Assembly: GCA_963718615.1 (NCBI GenBank)
Contig: OY970368.1
Coordinates: 4,576,001 to 4,640,000, forward strand
Reading direction: 5' to 3'
From: an uncultured cyanobacterium
GTDB taxonomy: Bacteria; Cyanobacteriota; Cyanobacteriia; PCC-9006; JAAUQQ01
DNA: 64,000 bases
Numbering within the stretch: the stretch's first letter is position 1; each line of letters starts with the position of its first letter. Positions 33,175-41,665 of this stretch are shown here, piece by piece. The translations under genes were made by a program, and so were the position numbers. Under the pieces are notes generated by a model that saw only the letters and a list, made by a program, of their open reading frames with translations, was not told where the DNA came from and ran no database searches.

Positions 33175-33661
33175 AGCCGCAATCGTTGCGGACAGCAGCC
33201 CGCTCATTTCCCTAGCGATTCTTGAACAGCTTGACCTGTTGCCCCAACTCTATCAGCGGGTTCTGGTTCCGCCAGCCGTTTGGGATGAAGTGACGGTGCA
33301 GGGAGTAGGCTTGCCGGGGTCTTTGGCTGTTAGCCAGACAACATAGTTTGAGATCCAAGCACCCGAGCCTGCAATTCTTCAGCCTTTGTCGATTTTGGTT
33401 GATCGTGGCGAGGCAGAGGCGATCGCCCTGGCCCAATCCATTCCGGACAGTACAGTGATGCTGGACGATGCCCGAGCAAGACGGGTGGCAGAACGCTTTG
33501 GAATTCGGCGAATTGGAACGTTGGGAATCTTGCGTCGCGCAAAGAAGATGGGCTTGATTGCTAAAATCAAACCTTGCATTGAGCAATTGCAGGAGAATGG
33601 AATTTACATTAGTCCCAAGCTGAGCGAGGCGATTTTGCGTGATGTGGGCGAAATTGAATGA
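33167..33661 (+). pseudogene. DUF3368 PIN-like toxin with in-frame TAG at 33344
   Basis: IVADSSPLI..., GEAEAIALA, LDD..ARR..GTLGIL in one frame, broken by one stop (likely TGG>TAG). Confidence 0.8.
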
Positions 33662-34083
33662 ATGACGCCGAAAATATCAACCGGCTACACCTGAAGCTAT
33701 TACCAGACTTTCTCTGGCTGCTGTACCAGCGTCTACGGCGGCGGGGTTTTGTGTTGGGTCCGGAGGATTATTCGGCATTGCAGCAGTCGTTGCGGTTGGG
33801 ATTTGGTTGGTCGTCCCAGGGGGCGTTGCGGGAGTTGTGTGGGTCGCTGTGGGCGAAGTCGGTGCGGGAGCGGGAGGCGTTGTTTGCGCTGTTTGATCAG
33901 CTTGTTCCGCAGGAGGAGGGTTGGGAATTTGAGGGGGACGAGGCAATAGGAGATGAGGTAATAGGAGAGTTAGGGGAGGTTAGGACTGAGAGGATTGATG
34001 AGCCAGCGAAATCTGAGGCAGAGACGTTCGGTGTTTTGCTCAACATTCATGCGTCGTTCAAACACGCTACTACGTTCAGATAA
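33658..34083 (+). pseudogene. N-terminal fragment of vWA/CoxE-like MoxR partner, truncated at island border (~34030)
   Basis: LYQRLRRRGFVLGPEDY...LWAKS N-terminal domain; vWA domain absent; base composition shifts near 34030. Confidence 0.65.
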
Positions 34084-34158
34084 CCAAGATCGTGCGGCTA
34101 TTGTATCAGTGCTTACTTATGTACTCTTGTGGAAGTCGCCCGAGAGTAAACATCGCAC

Positions 34159-35196
34159 ATGAAACGATATGCAAATCTACCACTCAGTTTGCCTCGAGTA
34201 GACTTAGGGCTTATTCCTAAGGGATATCAAGGTACCCAAGCAACACTAGCACATATCAAATCATTAATTCGAAAAGGTGCGAAGGACTTCTATGTTCGCC
34301 AGAAGTCGATTGATATTTTGCTAGAAAAATCAGTCAAAGCCAAAGACTACCTTGGAGAAATTAGAGCAATCTTTGAGTGGGTACAAAAAACAATTCGATA
34401 CACGAAAGATCCCTTTCGTGTAGAGATGCTCCACTCTGCTCGGCGTCTATTAGAATTGCGCGCGGGTGATTGCGATGATATGACAATTCTACTCGGTTCT
34501 ATGCTGGAATCCATCGGGCATCCCGTACGCCTAGTCGTAACTGGCCCTGATCCGCTACGGCCTAAACTCTTTAGCCATATTTATCTGGAAGTCTTTCACC
34601 AAGGGCATTGGATTCCACTCGACGCCACGATGCCACATCCTATGGGGTGGGAGCCCAAAACCTTTATTAAACAAGTTATTCATATCGAGAGGAGCTTACA
34701 CATGTTGAATCAACATCAAGAACTGCATAGGTCTACAGATCTATCGTCGCTACCTGATTGGCTAACAAACTTGATTGTCAACATTCACAAGGGAAGTATT
34801 AAGCCCAAAGATCAACGAATTAAACGTTTGTTGGGCTTGCTACATCAACGACAGTTACAGCATCAGAACCGCTGGCTGATAAGAACCTTAGAGTTTATAC
34901 ATCAGCGAGGACTGTCTCACCACCCTCGCCCTGAGCTAGCCAAACGAGTTGAAAATTTGATGCATCACTGGAAAATACTATCAGCAGCATTGGATTCATC
35001 AACATCGCAACAAAATTCCACCTATCCTACCATCACTATTCCAGTTAAATCGGCATCGAAAGCTTCTATAAAAAAGGACAAAATCTTACAGGCAAGACCT
35101 GTCCGCCCTGTAAAAGTTAGCCCTGTTCCAGGGGTGACGGTAAGGCGTGTTGCAACAATCAATCAACACTCGGTTCCATCTCAAAAGCCATTATGA
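34159..35196 (+). CDS. transglutaminase-like (Cys-His-Asp) protein
   Basis: IRY..DP, GDCDD, SHIY, WIPLDAT; basic C-terminal extension. Confidence 0.85.
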   Translation: MKRYANLPLSLPRVDLGLIPKGYQGTQATLAHIKSLIRKGAKDFYVRQKSIDILLEKSVKAKDYLGEIRAIFEWVQKTIRYTKDPFRVEMLHSARRLLELRAGDCDDMTILLGSMLESIGHPVRLVVTGPDPLRPKLFSHIYLEVFHQGHWIPLDATMPHPMGWEPKTFIKQVIHIERSLHMLNQHQELHRSTDLSSLPDWLTNLIVNIHKGSIKPKDQRIKRLLGLLHQRQLQHQNRWLIRTLEFIHQRGLSHHPRPELAKRVENLMHHWKILSAALDSSTSQQNSTYPTITIPVKSASKASIKKDKILQARPVRPVKVSPVPGVTVRRVATINQHSVPSQKPL

Positions 35197-35549
35197 GACC
35201 TATTCAGAATTCAGGTAACTACGATCGCCTGCTTCCAGCCCAATCAGCCACTCCCAGTAAACTCAATCAGGAAGCCAAGCAAGGAAAAGAACTCTATCGA
35301 AAGTTTAATCACTTCGAGGCATCTCAAACGTTCACAATCCAACATTCTCGGCTGATACCTCCCGTTGTTGTTAGCCTTGGTGAGCTTGTCGGAATTATCT
35401 ACCGATCTGATAAAGATCAACTCGGAAAACCGCAAGTCTATATCCATTTTATGCAAGATCCGCCTCAGTTAGTCAGTAACGTCGAAGGGAGTCAGCTTTA
35501 TATCGTAGGTGGTAGTTATCACATCACTTGTAGAGGCATTGAGGGCTGA
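35193..35549 (+). CDS. hypothetical protein
   Basis: ATGA overlap with upstream gene; LGELVGIIYRSDK..YIH..PQL..G.QLYIVGG.Y. Confidence 0.75.
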   Translation: MRPIQNSGNYDRLLPAQSATPSKLNQEAKQGKELYRKFNHFEASQTFTIQHSRLIPPVVVSLGELVGIIYRSDKDQLGKPQVYIHFMQDPPQLVSNVEGSQLYIVGGSYHITCRGIEG

Positions 35550-35586
35550 TCTAATCGTTAACTTATAAACCTTGGAGGGAAATTAT

Positions 35587-35868
35587 ATGACATGGGGTAA
35601 GCCATTAGGACTAGATGAGTTGATGATTATCAATCCAGGGCCATCCAATGGGGATGCCTACTTATTGGGCGAAGATGGAACGCTTTACCAGGTTCAGGGA
35701 TTGGGTGAGATAGGCGAATTACCCCAGGATCAACAGTACTTATTGGGTGAGGATGGCACGCTGTATCAAGTTCAGGGGATTGGTCTTGGAGGACGGCCTT
35801 ATCCCCTGTCTGGAAGGCATAGCTGTCAATGTAGAAATCGATCAGCTAGCACTGAAGGTTCCTACTGA
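35587..35868 (+). CDS. small repeat protein with two YLLGEDGTLYQVQG motifs
   Basis: GGAGG RBS before ATG 35587; exact 14-aa internal repeat. Confidence 0.75.
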   Translation: MTWGKPLGLDELMIINPGPSNGDAYLLGEDGTLYQVQGLGEIGELPQDQQYLLGEDGTLYQVQGIGLGGRPYPLSGRHSCQCRNRSASTEGSY

Positions 35869-35944
35869 AAGCTAGCGTTAAGCAGACTGATGATCAATGC
35901 TCACTGACCAACTATAAAGACATTATTGAACAAGGAGTTCGATC

Positions 35945-36694
35945 GTGGGAAAAGTACAAGGTGTTAAGGAAAAGCTTCACTATCCGATTTACGACGCTTT
36001 TTTTGTAAAGGGTCGCCCCTCACCTGATCAGCTTAAAACTGATACCAATAAACCTCAAACCTTCATGGAGGTGATGACTGATCCGAGAATGATCCGTTTC
36101 TTTGTGGATGTTCAGAACAAAACTCGACTGGAAACAAACTTGCAGGCATCGGGTGTTTTGCCTAGTCTCAATACATTTGAGGCTAGGGCTTTACGAGTTG
36201 TCGTTAGTCCACCCTGTTTAGCAGCTCCGCCTACATCAATCGAAAAAGTTCTAGCTATCACTGAATCGTATTGTAAAAACAGTTCTCCAACAGCAGGGAA
36301 GCTTGAAAATGACTCGACAAAAAGAGAACTGTTCGAGAAGCTAAAAAGCGAATATAGTCAATGCAATGGAGACGCTAATCTTGTTCTTTCTGAGTTGATT
36401 TACAACTCCGTGACAACCTTGCTGGTGGGCGAGAAAACTATGATTGAAATGCCGACATACTTCTTTCCGGGTGGTGCCGGTGTTTATCCAGGAAATGGCA
36501 GTATTTCTAATCATGGTGAACCAGATCCTATGGCAACGTTTCGATTCGCTGAACCTGTCATTATCGAGCCTCAGCAAAATTTTCGAGTCGAAATGCTATT
36601 CCCTCAGGGTGTTCCAAAAATTCTGTCTCAAGTCGAAGGTGTATTTAGAATTTGGGTTGTGCTAGATGGTTACTTAACAAGAGATGTACAGTAG
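35945..36694 (+). CDS. hypothetical beta-rich protein, putative single jelly-roll capsid-like 1
   Basis: AAGGAG RBS + GTG; YD..FF..KT..ETN..G.LP..F pattern; C-terminal FAEPVIIEPQQNFRVEM..IWVVLDGY; fold is inference. Confidence 0.55.
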   Translation: MGKVQGVKEKLHYPIYDAFFVKGRPSPDQLKTDTNKPQTFMEVMTDPRMIRFFVDVQNKTRLETNLQASGVLPSLNTFEARALRVVVSPPCLAAPPTSIEKVLAITESYCKNSSPTAGKLENDSTKRELFEKLKSEYSQCNGDANLVLSELIYNSVTTLLVGEKTMIEMPTYFFPGGAGVYPGNGSISNHGEPDPMATFRFAEPVIIEPQQNFRVEMLFPQGVPKILSQVEGVFRIWVVLDGYLTRDVQ

Positions 36695-36733
36695 GGCTCT
36701 CAATTAGGTCGAAATTATTTAGGAGAGAATACA

Positions 36734-37660
36734 ATGAATCACATGATGGGTACAGGCTATCTCGGCGAAACGAAAATGGGGCCTGATGGCAATCTGTACG
36801 AATGGGTGGAGGGCATTGATGGACTGGGAAATTCGATTGGTTTCTGGAGTAAGTTCAAAAAAATTGGCAAAAGAGCCCTAAGAACGGCTGCTCGCTATCA
36901 TCCTGCTGTTCAAGCATTGAAGCTCGTAAGACGTGGTATTTCTGGCACCGATGGACTAGGGGCTTTGTACCAATCTCCTGATGGTAGCCTCTACCAAATG
37001 CAGGGGCTCGGTGTCGATGAAGAGGGTATGGGTGAAGTCGGTCTGGAAGCAGATGACTTAACTCAAATGATGGGTTTTGGCAGCTATGTGGGTGAAACGC
37101 GCGTAGGGCCTGATGGCAATACTTATCAATGGGTTCAGGGCGTGGATGGTTTAGGCAATCCGATTGGCTTTTGGAAACGCTTTAAACGGTTTGCGCGTAA
37201 GGCAAGACGCTTTGTCCGTAAGGCGTTGCCAGTTGTGCAACAGTTTGCCCCCCTTATTCCTGGCGGAGCGGTGGTGTCATCAGCACTGAGAACTGCTACG
37301 CCGTTTCTTAGACGGGCAGGAGTGGCGGGCGATGGCTTGGGTGCCCTATACGAGGCTCCAGACGGAACCTTGTACCAAATGCAGGGACCAGCAGATGAGG
37401 AAGCCATGCAAGGATTTGCCGAAGATGAGGACATGGCGGGTTTTGCTGATGAAGAGTTACAGGGGTTTGCCGAGGATGAAGAGATGGCGGGCTTTGCCGA
37501 AGATGAAATGGGCGAGTTTGCAGATGATGAGGTCTTGCAGGGCTATGTTCGGCAGGATGGCATGGATGGATTAGCAGCCTATGTACCACAACAGCCACAG
37601 AGCACACCTTGGTATCAACAACCCAGTCAAACTCCCAAAATTTGGGAAGCCCCCTGGTAG
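36734..37660 (+). CDS. repetitive polyprotein: two cationic amphipathic segments, DGLG motifs, acidic GFAEDE repeats
   Basis: two ~110-aa units plus an acidic tandem tail; AGGAGAG RBS. Confidence 0.8.
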   Translation: MNHMMGTGYLGETKMGPDGNLYEWVEGIDGLGNSIGFWSKFKKIGKRALRTAARYHPAVQALKLVRRGISGTDGLGALYQSPDGSLYQMQGLGVDEEGMGEVGLEADDLTQMMGFGSYVGETRVGPDGNTYQWVQGVDGLGNPIGFWKRFKRFARKARRFVRKALPVVQQFAPLIPGGAVVSSALRTATPFLRRAGVAGDGLGALYEAPDGTLYQMQGPADEEAMQGFAEDEDMAGFADEELQGFAEDEEMAGFAEDEMGEFADDEVLQGYVRQDGMDGLAAYVPQQPQSTPWYQQPSQTPKIWEAPW

Positions 37661-37734
37661 AAGAACGATAGAAGAGTTTGTGAGCGACTTATTTCTATCC
37701 AGAAAGCACTGAGAAATGTAACGAGGTCAGTTCC

Positions 37735-38484
37735 ATGCAATTTCAGCCAGCTCCAACCCAGATGAGGCGGGCATCCCCTTCTATGACAGGGGGAATAGCA
37801 ATGCCTGTTGATGGCCCAACAACGAAGGAAATTCCCTATGATTATGTAGCAAAGTTTGCGCTTCAAGGGAAGGCTGCCAATCGAATTCAGGATGTTATCA
37901 ACATTAGTGTTGAGGGCTCTTTTGTAGCGACGGCGATCGCCTACAGTTTCATTCCTGCATCGCTACCGATCAGAAATCGTATACTGGAGCCAACTCCCTC
38001 ACCAGAGCCAACTCCCTCACCAGAGCCTATTGTAAGAGAAGTTCCTCCTGAGAGGAGGAGGGATTCAAATCCTCTGCTCGCGTTACTCGAACCTTTCGTA
38101 ACATCCTCCCTGATTCCGCAGAATACTCCGACGGAAAGCCAGAGGAAGCAACTCGAACTTCGGCAGAATCAGCAGCTTGAATTGCTGCAAATGGTTGCTG
38201 AATGTTCGCTGATTAAATTATGCGGCATTCACTTTAAATACAGCATTGTAGATAGTGGCAGCGGTCGAGAGTTGCAAAATCAACCGATTCACAATATTGC
38301 AGGATTAGGAGAGTCGGGGGGCGACAGGCCCTTCCGCCCCTTGGCTAAGCCGATGATGTTTATGCCGCGCTCAACTATCCGCATTGAAGTTGAGGAGATT
38401 TCCGAAGGGCCACTCTATGCTGGGGCGGAACTCTATGTCGTCTTGCATGGTTATAAGATGCTGGGTTATGGCACGGGGGTGTGA
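37735..38484 (+). CDS. hypothetical beta-rich protein, putative single jelly-roll capsid-like 2
   Basis: PYDY...F....I; C-terminal LAKPMMFMPRSTIRIEVEE..LYVVLHGY parallels 35945; fold is inference. Confidence 0.55.
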   Translation: MQFQPAPTQMRRASPSMTGGIAMPVDGPTTKEIPYDYVAKFALQGKAANRIQDVINISVEGSFVATAIAYSFIPASLPIRNRILEPTPSPEPTPSPEPIVREVPPERRRDSNPLLALLEPFVTSSLIPQNTPTESQRKQLELRQNQQLELLQMVAECSLIKLCGIHFKYSIVDSGSGRELQNQPIHNIAGLGESGGDRPFRPLAKPMMFMPRSTIRIEVEEISEGPLYAGAELYVVLHGYKMLGYGTGV

Positions 38485-38942
38485 TGAGTCTTTGTCAGGT
38501 TTGTGGTGTTCCTCTAGATGCGGACTATTTCGATAGTGCGAGTATCAAGCCTGCTCCTCAAAATGTGGGTGAAGAGGTGGAGTTGGCTCAATATCATCTA
38601 CATCCTCAATATTGTGGGGCTTTGCTCTGCTTTGCTCAGTATGTCAAACCTGAGGATGAGGCTTTGGCAAATAGCAATATTTTGGAAACGCCTGGGTATG
38701 AATGGGCTGTGCTTTGCAATAACCAAGCCCGTGATCCCTATCTGCCAACGAATCTCATCTTAAATCCTTGGGGACAAAACAATTTGCCTGTTCACTTGCG
38801 ATTGGAGGAGGGCTGTGTGGTGAGGTTGGTGGTACGTAGGGTGTCAGCTTCACCGGAACCGATGCTGCAAAAGGTGGGGGGGCGGTTGCAAGGTCGCTAT
38901 TGGTACAACACCAATTATGGTGGTTTGCCGAATCGCTTATAG
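38481..38942 (+). CDS. hypothetical beta-rich protein with N-terminal CxxC, putative jelly-roll 3
   Basis: overlaps upstream stop; PVHLRLEEGCVVRLVVRR..VGGRLQGRY. Confidence 0.5.
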   Translation: MMSLCQVCGVPLDADYFDSASIKPAPQNVGEEVELAQYHLHPQYCGALLCFAQYVKPEDEALANSNILETPGYEWAVLCNNQARDPYLPTNLILNPWGQNNLPVHLRLEEGCVVRLVVRRVSASPEPMLQKVGGRLQGRYWYNTNYGGLPNRL

Positions 38943-38969
38943 ACACTGAATCACAAGAGAGAAAGAGAG

Positions 38970-40544
38970 ATGTATATCTATACTGACAAGCCTTTATCGG
39001 GAATTGAGGAGCCGTCAGTAGGGCTAGCGGGAGATCTCACAGAAAATTTCAACTTAAGTGAGTTTGCCTCTCGGGGAACGCCTGTACCTGCACAGTATCT
39101 CAGTAATGTGAATCGCTTGGCTAAAAATCTACAAGCTCTCAGAAATTATTTGGGAAAGTCAATTCATATTAATTCTGGATATCGTACACTAGCTCACAAC
39201 AGTAGTGTGAATGGGGCGACAACGAGTCAGCATTTACTAGCCAAGGCAGCTGATATTACCGTCAAAGGCATGATTCCAAGTGAGGTATATTGTGCCATTG
39301 AAACATTAATTGCCAATGGCCAAATGCAGCAAGGTGGATTAGGGCTTTATGCCACGTTCGTACATTACGACGTGCGAGATGCCAGAGCTCGTTGGAAAGG
39401 TAAAGGGTCTCTGGTGCCGAGTTGTGGACTCACACCTACAAAAACAATAAATACATTAGATCTGGAAAAAGCCGTTATAAAAAACAGCGAGTGGAGCCAA
39501 AAGCTGGGTTGGTCAGCCTATCTCGGCGCAATTATGGCCTTGGTAGGATATGTGCCATTGCCTTTTCCTAGTCTGAAAAACTTTGCAGAGGCGATCGCCC
39601 GTTGGCAAAGTCATCAAGGATTACTGCCCGCAGATGGCATAATTGGACCTAAAACTTGGGAGAGAATAAAAAAGAATACTCAAATACAACAACCTTTACC
39701 AATCAATCAAAAGCCAGCTAGATTAAGTATAGATCCTGAGACCCTTGAAAAGATTGGTCAATACGCCTCAATTATTGAACGAATTGCTCGCGATAAAGAC
39801 GTTGATCCAAGCATCATAAAAGGCATTATTGCAGCAGAATCAGGAGGTGACCGCTATAAAGAAGCGCCTAGTGGATATAAAGGCTTAATGCAAGCAAAAA
39901 AAACAACAGATCAATTTGAACCTGAAATTAGTATTCACGATGGAGTTGAAAAATTCAAGAAATTTAGAGAAAACTGGCTAGGCCCTCGACTTAAAAAGCT
40001 TGGGATTGATTTGAACGTTCTGGACAAGAAAACCATGGTTGCTTGGGTCACTACAGCTTACAATGCTGGTCATGTGACTGTTCTAAAAGCCGTGGAATAT
40101 GCTACGGCTTCAGGCGATCCTAAAAATTGGATGGCTCCAGAACATTATCAGCGAGCATTAATTTTTTCTGGAGGATACAGTATAAGCACTGCTAAGAAAT
40201 CTTTCTTTAAAAAATTGAGTGAAATTGAGTTAGTGGAAGAGGTAGCAAGGATAAAGCATACGAACATAAACGATCTTCAGAAAGGATATTCTTTTTCAAA
40301 CAAATGGGACATTGAGAAACTCAAGCAAGTCCTCATTAAAGAGGCCGCTAAGGAACAGAAACATTGGAAATTTAGCGGGAAAAAATGTCAATGGTGGCAA
40401 TGCCCTGATCCACCTTTGCTACAAGATATTCGCAGGCATTCATCTCGTTTATTGCTATATGCGGTTGAATTTAAGCGCGAAAATACTCCCAAGTACACTG
40501 GCAAAATCATCAAATATATGAATTATTACGATAAAGCAGATTGA
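38970..40544 (+). CDS. multidomain peptidoglycan hydrolase: peptidase M15A + PG-binding + lytic transglycosylase (SLT)
   Basis: SGYRT..SQH..AADI..FVHYDVR; DGIIGPKTW; IAAESGG..GLMQ..AYNAG. Confidence 0.88.
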   Translation: MYIYTDKPLSGIEEPSVGLAGDLTENFNLSEFASRGTPVPAQYLSNVNRLAKNLQALRNYLGKSIHINSGYRTLAHNSSVNGATTSQHLLAKAADITVKGMIPSEVYCAIETLIANGQMQQGGLGLYATFVHYDVRDARARWKGKGSLVPSCGLTPTKTINTLDLEKAVIKNSEWSQKLGWSAYLGAIMALVGYVPLPFPSLKNFAEAIARWQSHQGLLPADGIIGPKTWERIKKNTQIQQPLPINQKPARLSIDPETLEKIGQYASIIERIARDKDVDPSIIKGIIAAESGGDRYKEAPSGYKGLMQAKKTTDQFEPEISIHDGVEKFKKFRENWLGPRLKKLGIDLNVLDKKTMVAWVTTAYNAGHVTVLKAVEYATASGDPKNWMAPEHYQRALIFSGGYSISTAKKSFFKKLSEIELVEEVARIKHTNINDLQKGYSFSNKWDIEKLKQVLIKEAAKEQKHWKFSGKKCQWWQCPDPPLLQDIRRHSSRLLLYAVEFKRENTPKYTGKIIKYMNYYDKAD

Positions 40545-40723
40545 AGAAGGAAAATACGTACTAGAACAGACACAAAGTAGTAAGCAGGCTAAATATCATC
40601 AGGAACTCGAAAAAACAGCATCTTGATGTCAAAATTAGTGCTCTGAGAACCGAGCGTCGTCGAAGTCTATGCTTGCAGGCATGCTATTAAATTGAAAATT
40701 AGTAAGAGGTTGTAAACCTTGGC

Positions 40724-41653
40724 ATGTACATACTATTGGGACACAAATCAGCGGGAAATCAGTTAGCAGGACTTGGGCAAACGAAAGTAGTAGAAACTCA
40801 TTCACAAAGCTCAACCTCAGCTTTGACTTTAGCTGTCCCTAAAATGGTTAAAGTTGCCGAAACCTCTCCTTCGTTCAGTACTCTATACGTTGGGATTGAT
40901 CTGAATCCCGTTTGGGAAAACCGGAAAATTGATGGCAAATGGAAGCAGACTCGTGCCTATGCCTCACCCATGACGGGCATCTTCATTCCTAAAACCTATA
41001 TCCCTCGATCAACCGTCAACTTGATCTTGTATCTACATGGGTTTAAAGCGCCTTGTGGACTCGATGAAAAAGCGACGATTAACCAATACTGGAGCCAGGG
41101 TTACTTTAAATGGCTAAGAGAAGCCGTTAATGATAGTGGCCAAAATGTGATTCTTGTTGCACCAACATTGGGGCCTAGATCAGGTGCAGGCAAATTGATT
41201 CAATCGGGAGGATTCAATGCGTTTATCGATCAAGTTTTAGCGGCTCTCAACGCCTACAACCCGCTCAACAAAATTCCTTTTATTAATCGATTTACTCGCA
41301 ACCAATCGATAGGCAATATCATATTAGCTTGTCATTCTGGCGGTGGGAAACCAATGCGGGCGATCGCATCTCTAAATCCTAGTACCGACAGCTATGCCGC
41401 CCAGATCAAAGAATGCTGGGGCTTTGACTGCTTGTATAGCGGAGATGACGCCAACGCATGGCGCACATGGGCAAGCGCCCATCCCCAATCCAAACTTTTT
41501 GTCTATTACAAAAATTCTACCCATCGACAATCGGAACAGCTTCGAGACCAACGCCCTCACCTTAGTAACGTCTTTGTTCAAAAGTCCAACGCAAAGAATC
41601 ACTGCTCTGTTCCCAGTCACCATTGGAAAGAACGTCTTGTAAACATATCGTAG
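40724..41653 (+). CDS. alpha/beta-hydrolase-like protein
   Basis: LILYLHG, LACHSGGG nucleophile elbow, FDCLY, C-terminal His. Confidence 0.7.
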   Translation: MYILLGHKSAGNQLAGLGQTKVVETHSQSSTSALTLAVPKMVKVAETSPSFSTLYVGIDLNPVWENRKIDGKWKQTRAYASPMTGIFIPKTYIPRSTVNLILYLHGFKAPCGLDEKATINQYWSQGYFKWLREAVNDSGQNVILVAPTLGPRSGAGKLIQSGGFNAFIDQVLAALNAYNPLNKIPFINRFTRNQSIGNIILACHSGGGKPMRAIASLNPSTDSYAAQIKECWGFDCLYSGDDANAWRTWASAHPQSKLFVYYKNSTHRQSEQLRDQRPHLSNVFVQKSNAKNHCSVPSHHWKERLVNIS

Positions 41654-41665
41654 GAGAGCATAAAT

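Noticed and set aside
37390-37545. CRISPR-like periodic repeats
   Set aside because: These are in-frame coding repeats (GFAEDE) without unique spacers; no cas genes or CRISPR array anywhere in the window.
36734-37660. Classical RiPP precursor (double-glycine, cyanobactin, microviridin)
   Set aside because: No C39 transporter, PatA/G protease, YcaO, LanM, radical SAM or ATP-grasp gene nearby; a novel protease-processed peptide remains possible and is covered in findings.
35945-38942. Encapsulin, bacterial microcompartment or gas vesicle shell genes
   Set aside because: No HK97/encapsulin, BMC-domain or GvpA motifs that I can recognise.
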